Sequence record: MF327003
Direction: 5' to 3' (one strand)
DNA: 64,000 bases
Origin: Shigella phage Sf14
Below, piece by piece: positions 1 to 9,384 of the stretch. The notes under the pieces are model-generated. The model ran no database searches and was not told the DNA's origin. It saw only the letters and a list, made by a program, of their open reading frames with translations. The position numbers and the translations under genes are program-made. The stretch's first letter is position 1, and each line of letters begins with the position of its first letter.

Positions 1-129
1 TCAACAACTTATAAAAATCTTTTGAAAAACTATTGACAATGCCCCTTGACAAGTGTAACTTTGTTCGAGGGGGTTTATCTAAAAAGGGATTAACTTAATA
101 GATTCTTTATAGATAAGCGTAAAAAGTAC

Positions 130-158
130 TTGCAAAGGTCTAATCATATCTATATAGT
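130..158 (+). promoter_or_regulatory. sigma70-like promoter (TTGCAA-N17-TATAGT)
   Basis: -35 TTGCAA 130-135, 17-nt spacer, -10 TATAGT 153-158, upstream of first small gene. Confidence 0.4.
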
Positions 159-197
159 ATCTTCAAAAGGCAACTTCCTAAACTGGAGAATCACTAA

Positions 198-338
198 ATG
201 TTAGATATCATTAAAAACCCTATCCTTTGCGGTATGATTGTTTCTGTTGTGTTGCCATTAGCAATGCTCATCATTGGTGAAATCTCAGATAAACTTTTTG
301 ATAAAAAACTACTTGCAATGCAGAATCAAAACAAGTAA
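198..338 (+). CDS. small hydrophobic protein (46 aa), single predicted TM segment
   Basis: ATG 198 six nt after cassette copy 1; hydrophobic core CGMIVSVVLPLAMLIIG; below ORF-track size cutoff. Confidence 0.4.
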   Translation: MLDIIKNPILCGMIVSVVLPLAMLIIGEISDKLFDKKLLAMQNQNK

Positions 339-402
339 AGTATTTATCAACGGGGAGGGAGACTTCCCCACTAAACAAAATTCCTAAACTGGAGAATCTA
401 GA

Positions 403-930
403 ATGAATAAGTTTAATGCTGTTAATGCAATCCGTAGCCGTGAAGTGATGAGCAAGCCTTGTAAAGATACTTGGGAATTTACCTTAAAGAGCAAAGTTTT
501 TGCAGTTATCACAAAAGGGGAAGATAAGAAGTTTTATGTACACCGACCAAATGTAAAAGCGGTAACAGCCAACAACTTTATGGGGGCTATTTCTCTTATT
601 CTGAATGATTATATGGCTATAGTCGCAGAAATTCACGAAATGGCTATTAAGGCAACTAAAAACGAGTTAAACCGCTTTAAAATGGCTTATGAGCGCTCTA
701 TTAAGTCCCATAATCTTTTTATTGCAATCCACTATACAGGCATGTATGCTATGGGAACGGGTAACCAACAATACCCACTCTATGAAGTGGAAAACATCTT
801 TACAAGTGACTACCCAACAACTAATTTTAAAATTACGTTAGGGGAAGCATTAAATAGGGGAATTAGGCTTTACGAACAATCTTTAAAAAACTTAGAAAAT
901 TCCCTTGACGAAATCATCACAAATCTATAA
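403..930 (+). CDS. hypothetical protein (175 aa)
   Basis: ORF track; ATG preceded by cassette copy 2. Confidence 0.6.
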   Translation: MNKFNAVNAIRSREVMSKPCKDTWEFTLKSKVFAVITKGEDKKFYVHRPNVKAVTANNFMGAISLILNDYMAIVAEIHEMAIKATKNELNRFKMAYERSIKSHNLFIAIHYTGMYAMGTGNQQYPLYEVENIFTSDYPTTNFKITLGEALNRGIRLYEQSLKNLENSLDEIITNL

Positions 931-990
931 AGTACTTATCAACGGGGAGGGAATGACCTTCCCCAACAATCCTAAACTGGAGACTAGAAA

Positions 991-1254
991 ATGAATAATC
1001 AAGAAATCACTATCCTGTTACAAATCGGTACTGACAAAGAAGATATCCAACTTTGCAAACGTATTGAAAGTGATTGGTTCAACGGTGAAATCATCGCAGA
1101 ATCTTATGAAGTAGTCGGATTCATGAATGGTGAAATTGTAAGCCATTTTGGTTTAACTAAATCTGAAGCCGTTGCAAAGTATGACGTTTTATCTTGTGAG
1201 ATTCTTACAAAATACAATGAAAAAAGACTTGCAACTTATGCAGCAATGAATTAA
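991..1254 (+). CDS. hypothetical protein (87 aa)
   Basis: ORF track; cassette copy 3 upstream. Confidence 0.6.
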   Translation: MNNQEITILLQIGTDKEDIQLCKRIESDWFNGEIIAESYEVVGFMNGEIVSHFGLTKSEAVAKYDVLSCEILTKYNEKRLATYAAMN

Positions 1255-1319
1255 TATTACTTTCAACGGGGAGGGAGACTTCCCCACTAACCTAAATTCC
1301 TAAACTGGAGAATCTGAAA

Positions 1320-1571
1320 ATGGCTACTATCCGCGCAACTGTTAACAATTTTGGCTTCCATGTATTAGATGTTAAATTTGATATGGTTGGCACTGGTGAT
1401 GCTTTTGGCATGGTTGATATGTGTCTGAAAGCAACTATTCAGGATTACAATCAATCTGAGTGGTTCTGGAAAGAAGTTAAACAAGAAGTCTTAAAGGATG
1501 GCGTATCCTCTTACTATTGGGGTGATTCTCTTATCACGCTTTACTATGAAGTTGACGGCTTCAATAACTAA
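1320..1571 (+). CDS. hypothetical protein (83 aa)
   Basis: ORF track; cassette copy 4 upstream; terminator downstream. Confidence 0.6.
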   Translation: MATIRATVNNFGFHVLDVKFDMVGTGDAFGMVDMCLKATIQDYNQSEWFWKEVKQEVLKDGVSSYYWGDSLITLYYEVDGFNN

Positions 1572-1585
1572 CAAGTCGCCGCAAC

Positions 1586-1635
1586 GGGGCAAATAGCCCC
1601 AGACACCTTTACAGCCCCTTAGATGGGGCTTTTTT
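1586..1635 (+). terminator. tandem hairpins; second (AGCCCC-TTAGAT-GGGGCT + TTTTT) is an intrinsic terminator
   Basis: GC stems at 1586-1600 and 1613-1630 followed by T5 run. Confidence 0.7.
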
Positions 1636-1639
1636 ACGT

Positions 1640-3135
1640 CTTCCTAGAATCTTACCAGACATTTAGAACAATAACTCTATAGCTTACTCTATATCCTCTT
1701 ATCAAATCAACTTAAATATAAGCCCATAACCCGAAAGGGAAGGGCAATCCCTAAAACGCTCTATAACGCTCTATACGGGCTTATCATCTCATCTTAAGCA
1801 ATCATATTAACCTACTCTTAAAAGCCCTTCATAGAGCTTTCTAGAGCCTTAAAAGAATCTTATAAGGGTATAAGCTTTATTATCTCGTTAGTATCTTGTG
1901 AATGGTTAAACAGGGGCTATGAGATAGGACTCTATCGAATCCTATTGATAATAGCTTTAAAGTATGCTATGGAATCTAAAAAGAGCCTTAAAAGTAACGT
2001 AAAAGTTAGCCCCCTTTACATTCTCTTAACAAAATCTTAACAAATGCTACATAGTTATGCTTATTAGAGACTTGTTAGCCCCTTGTTAAATCCTTGTTAG
2101 AGGTATGTTAAGAGCTTGTTAGACTCTTTGAAGTCCCTGTATAAGCCCCTAGAAAGCCCTATAAAGAGCTATACAGGTAGTTGGGGTGTAGTTACTAGGG
2201 AGAACCTTAGAAGAGGCTATACAGAGCTATACAGGGCTTTTAAGAGGGCTTTATAAAGAATCACTAAGAAGGTAAGGGAACTATAGACCAAGAGATAGTG
2301 ACCATGTTAAGAGACTGTTAAAAAGGTTTAGAACTTGTTAATTATCTTAACAAATAACTCTTAAGATTTAACTATTTAGCAACTTATAAGCAACTTGTTA
2401 GACCCTTGTTAGTAGTGTTACAGAATGGTTAAGCTCTTGTTAGTTCTGTTAAGAAACTGTTAAGAACTCTGAAGAGATGTTAAGAGCTTGAGAGAGTTGT
2501 TAAGAGATTGTTAATGATATTTTAAGATTTTGCAAAGGGGATGTTACAGGGCTGTTAAGGGCTACCAAGCAGATATACATCCTCTGTAGATATTTTTCAG
2601 ATTCTCCAAAGACCCCTAAATAAACACTACCTAGTCTATTTTATAAAAATTTTATAATTCTGAATAACTATCTATACACTATCTTATATAAAACAGGAAT
2701 TAACAGGCTTATAAGATACCTTGTTAGTACCGTGTTAGACCTTGTAGGATAAGCCTTAGAAGGGAATACCTGTTTAGTGTTATATAACAGTCTATATAGA
2801 GGCTTAGTAATACCTAGTGATTCTGCTATATAGGGTACTATCGTTTACCTAGAGATTAAGATGAGTATAGGGGCTTCTAAGGGGCTAGGAAGAGGTTAGG
2901 AAGGTGATTGTATAGGGTTGATTAATGGGAGGCTTAGAAGGCTTTATAGAGGGCTATATAGAGAGCACTATTTAGAGACTAAGAGGCTATATAGATACTG
3001 TATAATACTATATAGAGATGATGCTTAGAGAGGGTGTTTAGAAGGGTATAGATATTTTATCACATATCATGGTGACCCAAGATGAACGGAGTGAATCCCA
3101 AATTTTATAAAAATTATAAATTTCGTAAATTTTAC
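1640..3135. repeat. repeat-dense AT-rich non-coding region (TGTTAAGA / CTTGTTAG / CTATACAG / CTATATAGAG unit families)
   Basis: no ORF of 60 aa or more on either strand; many short direct repeats, densest 2060-2520 and 2930-3030. Confidence 0.7.
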
Positions 3136-3140
3136 TCAAT

Positions 3141-3161
3141 AAAAAGCCCCAATTAAGGGGC
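3141..3161 (-). terminator. intrinsic terminator for leftward unit
   Basis: GCCCC-AATTAA-GGGGC hairpin; on minus strand followed by U-run (A5 at 3141-3145). Confidence 0.65.
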
Positions 3162-3170
3162 TGTATAGTC

Positions 3171-3842
3171 TTACATCAATTCACTAAGCATGGCTTGCAA
3201 TGAAGTTTTAGAAGTCTGGAAGAAGTGTGTGAACCCATTATGACGTTCTCTTACCTGAATCATTATCTGGTCACCCTTAATCGGGTGTGAACTAATATGG
3301 TATTCATTCATGTTCAGTACAACACCCAAACCATCTATAATGTGTCTGAGTATGTCATATTCAACAAATTCTTCTTTACCTGTGACCTTGATACAAACAC
3401 CTTTGTTGGTTCTCTTAGGGTTTATATCTTCCATAACCAGCATTTGTTGTCCACCAAGAGAAATCATAGAGAACTCTTTACGGTTCTGCTGCTTAACATA
3501 CATCTCAAGTTTCTTCAAAGTATCTTCATAGAACGGATAAGACTTCTTGACAAAGACACCTTCAAGTGGCTCTTTACCTGAATCTTCTCGTTCCATCTTA
3601 AGTCGATTAACAAGTAAGTCTAAAGACCACTTCTCACTTTCGTCAAGATGTGTGTTGATATCATCTAGGCTAAGTACCAGATACTTTCTTTCAAGTTCAA
3701 ACTTTTTCATCTCTATCAAATCCTTAAAGCATTTCTTAGTAATTGCTTCCCATTCTTCGGAGTTCTTTCTCTTCCTCTTCAGATGGGGAACCATATCTGT
3801 CAAGTTCTTCCAACTCTTCTTCAGTAGGTGTCCCATAATCAC
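3171..3842 (-). CDS. hypothetical protein (223 aa)
   Basis: ORF track; last gene of leftward block. Confidence 0.6.
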   Translation of the reverse strand: MIMGHLLKKSWKNLTDMVPHLKRKRKNSEEWEAITKKCFKDLIEMKKFELERKYLVLSLDDINTHLDESEKWSLDLLVNRLKMEREDSGKEPLEGVFVKKSYPFYEDTLKKLEMYVKQQNRKEFSMISLGGQQMLVMEDINPKRTNKGVCIKVTGKEEFVEYDILRHIIDGLGVVLNMNEYHISSHPIKGDQIMIQVRERHNGFTHFFQTSKTSLQAMLSELM

Positions 3843-4273
3843 ATCTTAAGTTTGAAAGTGTTTTTACCATTGACCTGAATATATCCATCATTTTCAACTA
3901 TCCAGTGTGCGGTTGAGAATGCACTATATGCGTTTGCTTCACCATAACCAAGAAACTTACCATCACACACACTTTCAATATGTATTGTGCCTACTGGTTC
4001 ACCTGTATCCACGGTTTCTACAATATAGAGTGTGTTTAGCTTTATGGAACTAACTTTAGTCTCTTCTTTGAAGCATTCAGATAGGGACATATCAAGCCCT
4101 TCAGTTATTACAAATTGCATGTATGCTTCTGAGCACTCCCAGATAAAGCTATGAAGAAGAACCTTTGCAGCATGTCTTGAACAACCAAACTCTGCAACGA
4201 TATCTTTGTACATATCATCTTTAGTTCCGTTGTTAAGCAAAGCTTTACGCACTATCTCTTTAACATTCTTCAT
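3839..4273 (-). CDS. hypothetical protein
   Basis: ORF track; start trimmed to ATG at 4273 (MKNVKEIV) giving 14-nt overlap with upstream gene. Confidence 0.5.
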   Translation of the reverse strand: MKNVKEIVRKALLNNGTKDDMYKDIVAEFGCSRHAAKVLLHSFIWECSEAYMQFVITEGLDMSLSECFKEETKVSSIKLNTLYIVETVDTGEPVGTIHIESVCDGKFLGYGEANAYSAFSTAHWIVENDGYIQVNGKNTFKLKM

Positions 4274-4571
4274 CTTTCCAATCCTCATCTTTCCAATACT
4301 TATCTCTCTCAATCTGAAACTCATCAGGTAACTCTGCAATAGCTTTCAAGTAATAAGCTTCTTGAATGCTGCAAAGGTCTTCATAACCACCATTCATAAG
4401 CCAGTTGTAACCAGCAGGTACACCGTTATCATCACAGAACCCTGTGTAGAACATCGCTTTATGAATCATGTTAAGTGGCTTGTAAGCAACTTCAACGATA
4501 TAGAAAGTATTATCTTTCCAACCACCCTTTGGAGGGTGGATACCTTTAACGCCTCTGGATTGTGGAGTCAC
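4260..4571 (-). CDS. hypothetical protein (103 aa)
   Basis: ORF track. Confidence 0.5.
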   Translation of the reverse strand: MTPQSRGVKGIHPPKGGWKDNTFYIVEVAYKPLNMIHKAMFYTGFCDDNGVPAGYNWLMNGGYEDLCSIQEAYYLKAIAELPDEFQIERDKYWKDEDWKDEEC

Positions 4572-5023
4572 AGCTTTTCCTCAATAAGTGCTTTAACTGT
4601 CTCTACAGATAATTTACCAGACTTGATGTGTGGAATCAACAAAGCAATTGCTTTATCTACATCTTCAGAAACCTTTACAGCTTCTTTTAAGAAGGAATCC
4701 ATCAGATACTTGTAAGTGCTTGAGGCTCTTTCAAGGTAAACTCTGTTATAGTATTCCTCAGAGAGAACTTCTAAATCAAAATCATTATGTGAGCTATGAT
4801 GTTTACCACGAAACAGATACTCACCATTGAATGTTAAGCGTTCTCCAGATTGAAATGTCATATCCTCATCACAGCAGGTTTTTACAAAGGAGTTGTCAAT
4901 CCTTACAGCGATAGGGTATGCTGCTGAAGTGTATATCTCAGTGACTTCACCTTTTGCCATCACGGTCTTTGTGGCATAATCAACAACGACAACTTTCTGA
5001 CCTTCTTTCAATTTTAAACTCAT
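4568..5023 (-). CDS. hypothetical protein (151 aa)
   Basis: ORF track; 4-nt overlap with next gene. Confidence 0.6.
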   Translation of the reverse strand: MSLKLKEGQKVVVVDYATKTVMAKGEVTEIYTSAAYPIAVRIDNSFVKTCCDEDMTFQSGERLTFNGEYLFRGKHHSSHNDFDLEVLSEEYYNRVYLERASSTYKYLMDSFLKEAVKVSEDVDKAIALLIPHIKSGKLSVETVKALIEEKL

Positions 5024-5065
5024 TTTCGCTACCTCTAAACAGGGGCTTTCACACCCCTTGACAGA

Positions 5066-5275
5066 TTACTCTTCAACAGATTCTTTATCTTTCTTTGAAG
5101 AAGACTTTTTCTCTTTCTTCTTAGGCTCAGTTGCTGCAATAGCAATGTCAACAAGCTGTGCTAAGTCAGATTTAATCACTGTTACTGGTTGTTCATTGTA
5201 GAAACCTTTCTCAAGGTACTCTTTGAACTCTTCCAGAGTGTTAAAGCCAAAAGGCTTGACAGGTGTTCTAATCAT
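5066..5275 (-). CDS. hypothetical small protein with lysine-rich C-terminal tail
   Basis: ORF track. Confidence 0.45.
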   Translation of the reverse strand: MIRTPVKPFGFNTLEEFKEYLEKGFYNEQPVTVIKSDLAQLVDIAIAATEPKKKEKKSSSKKDKESVEE

Positions 5276-5345
5276 TTACCCTCCGAGATATCTTTTAAGA
5301 TTTTCTGGTTAATCATTTCCGCAATAGCATAGCGGATACAAACTA

Positions 5346-5852
5346 CTAAAATTTTAGGTTGCATTCTTTACTTACCTCTTCAAAATTCTTCTCAGACTCT
5401 ACAATTCTCTTCTTGTAAGTCGTCATTCTCCAACATGAGAGGATGATACCAACTATTGGAATCACATACAAGAACCAAATCTCAGAAATTTTCTTCTCAG
5501 CTTGGTTAAACGTTAAATCCTGCATGTACATGCCACCGAAGGAGATTACACAAATCATAGCAAGGAATACAGATAACATGATTGCTATCCCTGCCCACCC
5601 TCTTGTATTATGTTCAGCATTTCTACGCTTATTTTCAAGATTGATAAGTTCGTTGTAGTCTGCTGAGAAGTCTCTGTAGAAAGCTTTCAAGTACTCTCTG
5701 CTGTAACCTTCAAAGCATCCTGTACCAAACCAATTTTCACCTCCAAAGTGTGAAATAGTTCCTTCTTCACCGTTTGCTTTCACAATCTTGAAAGATACAT
5801 GGTGCTTAGATTGCTCATAAGAAATCTGGTCTCTTGAATCTTCATAAATCAT
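5346..5852 (-). CDS. hypothetical membrane protein (central TM segment)
   Basis: hydrophobic stretch GWAGIAIMLSVFLAMICVISFGGMY. Confidence 0.55.
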   Translation of the reverse strand: MIYEDSRDQISYEQSKHHVSFKIVKANGEEGTISHFGGENWFGTGCFEGYSREYLKAFYRDFSADYNELINLENKRRNAEHNTRGWAGIAIMLSVFLAMICVISFGGMYMQDLTFNQAEKKISEIWFLYVIPIVGIILSCWRMTTYKKRIVESEKNFEEVSKECNLKF

Positions 5853-6067
5853 TGTTCAATCCTCTTTAATCGTGCATTCCACTCTCTGTCAATCATTCTC
5901 TGGAATGTCTTACCTCTTGGAGTAACGTTCTTAAGTGATTCTTCAGTACATACTAAGATATCACCTCTGGCAAATTTGCCATAACACTGTTTAGTCTTCT
6001 TAGCTCGTCTGTACTGCTCAGAAACAGAGAGCTTCCAGTATTCACCTAGAGTTATAAACTTTTTCAT
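5849..6067 (-). CDS. hypothetical protein (72 aa)
   Basis: ORF track; 4-nt overlaps both sides. Confidence 0.5.
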   Translation of the reverse strand: MKKFITLGEYWKLSVSEQYRRAKKTKQCYGKFARGDILVCTEESLKNVTPRGKTFQRMIDREWNARLKRIEQ

Positions 6068-6804
6068 TCTTTCACCATTGCGTTGTAGAATTGCCTTTGA
6101 ATCTCTTCAGCAATCTGATAAGGTGTGAAACCAGCTTTTAACATCATTCTTACTGTGTACTCAATGTCATTCTTATTAACCACATGGTCTGTGACACTGA
6201 TTGCTTCTTTTAACTCTTCCACATTCTTTTTAGCATCTTCACAAGCGCTGGTCAACATGGAGTTAAATTTCTTTTGTGGTGTAGTCCAAGCATGACTATG
6301 TGGATTTGCATCACAGAAATACTTGAAGTAATCTCTGACGTTATCTACAACCAGAGTTTGATGGCCATCTTCTTTAGTTTGGTATCGAGACTCTTGCTCA
6401 GGTACATCTGCAAGTCTGTGTGTAGGAGCCTCTATAGTAACATCAATCGTTCTAACCTTTGGAGTTGCCTCTTTCTTCATAGTCGGAGTTGCCTCAAAAG
6501 TTGCCTTTTCAGTTTCTTCTTCATCCCCTACCACAGTATCTTGTAAAGAAATACCCAGAAGCTTTCTGAAGCTTCCTGTGAAGGTTAAGTTTTCAATATC
6601 AGTGGTCGAATAGACTTTACCAGCCCATAAGTGTGCTTCTGGACCAAGTGATGTTGCTGGATAAATCTTGAAATGTAATGTCTTCATAGGTCGGAAGTAC
6701 ACAACCCCGCTATCAGACACATACGTAACAAATGCCTTAGTTCTTTGGGCTGGTGAAGCCTTTACATAAATGTAAATTGTGTCTGTCTCTTTAACTTTAA
6801 CCAT
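6064..6804 (-). CDS. hypothetical protein (246 aa)
   Basis: ORF track. Confidence 0.6.
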   Translation of the reverse strand: MVKVKETDTIYIYVKASPAQRTKAFVTYVSDSGVVYFRPMKTLHFKIYPATSLGPEAHLWAGKVYSTTDIENLTFTGSFRKLLGISLQDTVVGDEEETEKATFEATPTMKKEATPKVRTIDVTIEAPTHRLADVPEQESRYQTKEDGHQTLVVDNVRDYFKYFCDANPHSHAWTTPQKKFNSMLTSACEDAKKNVEELKEAISVTDHVVNKNDIEYTVRMMLKAGFTPYQIAEEIQRQFYNAMVKE

Positions 6805-6874
6805 TTTATCTCTCCAATAAAAAAGGGAACCACCTTTCGATAGCTCCCATCATACAAAATTCTAGATATTACTG

Positions 6875-7468
6875 TCAAGTATATTTTCTAGGCAGTAACT
6901 TACTTTTTCTGCTTCGAACATCTTCAAGGATAGCTATGAAGTCATCAGAAGCACCCTTCCAAGGGCTGAAGTTTGGGATATGTTGACGAATAGCTTCAAT
7001 AATCGTCTTCATACCTGTGTTCTTCATCCACCAATCTGAGCTTGAGGCAGTCATAACAAAGAACTGCTCATCATCGGTTAAGATGACCTCTTTAGTGAAT
7101 GGGGAGGTGTACGTGGTGATAACTGAACCACCATTCATGTAATATGTACGCTTGTGGACTTTATCAAGCATATCATGTAGGTCACCAAACAGCTTCACAA
7201 CCTCTTGGTGGTTAATGTCTTTCTCAAGGTCTAAACGGTACTTCAGAAGTGCTTCATCAACTTCTTTAGATGAGAACTTAAAGTACTGCACATCTTCAAT
7301 GATACATGCAGAGATGTTGTTCACATCCATAGTCAATTTGACAACTTTTGCTGGTGAGTTAATGTTTGGCTGGAACGCAGCAAGCACACCCTGAACATTA
7401 CCGTAGTGTTGGACTAATGCAACTTGTGGAGAATCAACTCCACCATTTTCTTTAATGTTTACACCCAT
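6875..7468 (-). CDS. hypothetical protein (197 aa)
   Basis: ORF track. Confidence 0.6.
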   Translation of the reverse strand: MGVNIKENGGVDSPQVALVQHYGNVQGVLAAFQPNINSPAKVVKLTMDVNNISACIIEDVQYFKFSSKEVDEALLKYRLDLEKDINHQEVVKLFGDLHDMLDKVHKRTYYMNGGSVITTYTSPFTKEVILTDDEQFFVMTASSSDWWMKNTGMKTIIEAIRQHIPNFSPWKGASDDFIAILEDVRSRKSKLLPRKYT

Positions 7469-7469
7469 A

Positions 7470-7820
7470 CTATAACTTCCTCACTAAATACTTTTTAAGT
7501 GGTGTCTTCGGTTTTTCAAAGACCTCAATAGAATCTATTTTGATGCCCTCACCACGCATACCTGTGGATTGGTAGATGTAGAACTCAAGCATCCCTATAT
7601 TTTTAGCTGGCATATCATGCTTAACAAAGATGGTCACTGACTCTTCACTTTTAAAGATTACTGTACCGTCTTTATACACAAGCTTATCAGGTTGTTTATA
7701 GTCAAGCATATCAAACATCAGAAATAGTCTTTGCTGACATTTGTCCAGCCTTGATGACAGGGCTTCTTGTATATCTGCGAAATTCTTATAAACAACGATG
7801 TGGAGCTTAAGCATCTGCAT
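7470..7820 (-). CDS. hypothetical protein
   Basis: ORF track; start trimmed to internal ATG (about 7820) to limit overlap with upstream gene. Confidence 0.45.
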   Translation of the reverse strand: MQMLKLHIVVYKNFADIQEALSSRLDKCQQRLFLMFDMLDYKQPDKLVYKDGTVIFKSEESVTIFVKHDMPAKNIGMLEFYIYQSTGMRGEGIKIDSIEVFEKPKTPLKKYLVRKL

Positions 7821-8100
7821 ATTCTCTGACGAAGAAGTAGTTGATTTTGTTATCGGACACCAGAAGGTCATAGCAAGTAATCTCGAACTTATTCTTTTCA
7901 GCATCATAGCTGGTGTATGGCTCAGAAACTTGCTTTGTTGACACTTTTGGGTTATTAGGGTTTAAAAGGCCACCATAAAGTTTCTTAATGGCCTTTGTTG
8001 CCACACTCCAGATAACATCATCAGTGAGTTCTTCGTACAGGTCAAACTCGGCTTCATAGCTGAAGTCATTAATTGGAAAGATAACCTGTACTTTACTCAT
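7807..8100 (-). CDS. hypothetical protein (97 aa)
   Basis: ORF track. Confidence 0.5.
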   Translation of the reverse strand: MSKVQVIFPINDFSYEAEFDLYEELTDDVIWSVATKAIKKLYGGLLNPNNPKVSTKQVSEPYTSYDAEKNKFEITCYDLLVSDNKINYFFVREYADA

Positions 8101-8101
8101 A

Positions 8102-8470
8102 TCAAACTACCTGTGTAACTTGCAACGCTTCTGTTACGGAGATATCACCTACTTTTTCTTCTTTGATGAAGGTGAAGGTTAGAAGAGTTGTCTTCGGAAC
8201 CTCATCTTCCAGAGGTACACCATTAAGTTCATCAAAGATAGCTTGCGTAGTCCAATCTTCTTGACCATCTGGGTAGTGGTAGGTATATAACGGGAAATCA
8301 ACACTACACCAACCGAAAACAGGGCAACCATCTTCATCATCACGTACACGACGTAGCTCATTGTCAGACTTTGTAAAACGAAGAAAAAGCTCCCCATCAC
8401 GTTCATAGATGGAAGCATCATCTAATTCCCGATATGAAGTGTCAACTTTGACTTGAATCTCTTTATTCAT
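8102..8470 (-). CDS. hypothetical protein
   Basis: ORF track; start trimmed to ATG 8470 (MNKEIQ) giving 8-nt overlap. Confidence 0.5.
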   Translation of the reverse strand: MNKEIQVKVDTSYRELDDASIYERDGELFLRFTKSDNELRRVRDDEDGCPVFGWCSVDFPLYTYHYPDGQEDWTTQAIFDELNGVPLEDEVPKTTLLTFTFIKEEKVGDISVTEALQVTQVV

Positions 8471-8873
8471 AATAACCTCTCTCAGCTTTCTCAATTTTAT
8501 CCAGAAGTTTGATACACTCATTGTTATGGCATGTAGCCTCACTCTGGTGTAACTTCTTCTTCTGCTCAAGTAGAAATTTATAGTAACCTGATAGCTGCTC
8601 TCTTGTCAAGGGGTGCTCTGAAATAATATCAAGAGAGCTTTCACCTAAAGGTGAGAACATGCCATTGTCATCCACATTGTACAGTTCACCAGCAAAGAAA
8701 CCTTTGTTAGCCATTGTGATAGGTGAGCGTTCAATGACCTCAACAACAAACTTTGTGAACACCTTATCTCCCATCGTAATCAACTTGGTTCCTGCAATAC
8801 GAACCTTCATACCACTTCTTGTGTACTTGAAAGTACCATTATCATCTGCCCAAAGCTTCATAGTTTTCTCCAT
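8463..8873 (-). CDS. hypothetical protein (136 aa)
   Basis: ORF track. Confidence 0.55.
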   Translation of the reverse strand: MEKTMKLWADDNGTFKYTRSGMKVRIAGTKLITMGDKVFTKFVVEVIERSPITMANKGFFAGELYNVDDNGMFSPLGESSLDIISEHPLTREQLSGYYKFLLEQKKKLHQSEATCHNNECIKLLDKIEKAERGYYE

Positions 8874-8877
8874 AGAA

Positions 8878-8901
8878 ATAAAAAAGGCTCCCGAAGGAGC
8901 C
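8878..8901 (-). terminator. intrinsic terminator after endolysin gene
   Basis: GGCTCC-CGAA-GGAGCC hairpin with A-run on plus strand (U-run on minus transcript). Confidence 0.6.
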
Positions 8902-8911
8902 TCTTAATCTA

Positions 8912-9376
8912 CTATTTTGGATAAACAGCGTCAAGGTAAATCTTGGCTTCCAAACTACGTCTATTTTGTAGACCCTTGGAAGTTACTTTTTGACCATTCA
9001 CTGTAATCTTGTTCCACCACTGCATAGCTTCTGCACAACCAACTTTATTACCAGCATTGTGACGCTTGATAAAAGTTGAATCCTGCATAGCATTGATACC
9101 AATGTTGTAAGTCTCTACAACAAGTGCATCAAACTCATTCTGAGTAGTTGGAACCTTGATTGTTTTGTTTACTGCACCTACATAGTTCTCAACATCTGCA
9201 AGGAGATATTGTTCAGCTTGCTCGGCAGTAATCTTCATCCCCATCGTAACAGGTCTTCCGTTGATACGAATTGTACCATAACCAATTGTAGGGATTCCAG
9301 CAGAGTCTTTATAGGCTTCTAAACGAAGCCCTTCAAAGAACTTAATGGCTTCTAAGCCTTTACTTGAGAGTTGCAT
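8912..9376 (-). CDS. endolysin, T4 lysozyme-like (GH24) muramidase
   Basis: N-terminal EGLRLEAYKDSAGIPTIGYGT matches the T4 lysozyme catalytic Glu/Asp/Thr region. Confidence 0.85.
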   Translation of the reverse strand: MQLSSKGLEAIKFFEGLRLEAYKDSAGIPTIGYGTIRINGRPVTMGMKITAEQAEQYLLADVENYVGAVNKTIKVPTTQNEFDALVVETYNIGINAMQDSTFIKRHNAGNKVGCAEAMQWWNKITVNGQKVTSKGLQNRRSLEAKIYLDAVYPK

Positions 9377-9384
9377 TATTCACC

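Larger units (their letters stand above)
177..1314 (+). repeat. four copies of conserved pre-start cassette CCTAAACTGGAGA(A/C)T(C) at 177-192, 383-398, 971-984, 1299-1314; three preceded by GC hairpin GGGGAGGGA..CTTCCCC (352-369, 944-964, 1267-1285)
   Basis: near-identical 16-mers containing GGAG 5-9 nt before each ATG; hairpin stems read directly. Confidence 0.8.

Noticed and set aside
1640-3135. Possible CRISPR array in the repeat-rich non-coding region
   Set aside because: Repeats are short (7-10 bp), degenerate and irregularly spaced with no constant repeat-spacer periodicity; no cas genes in the window.
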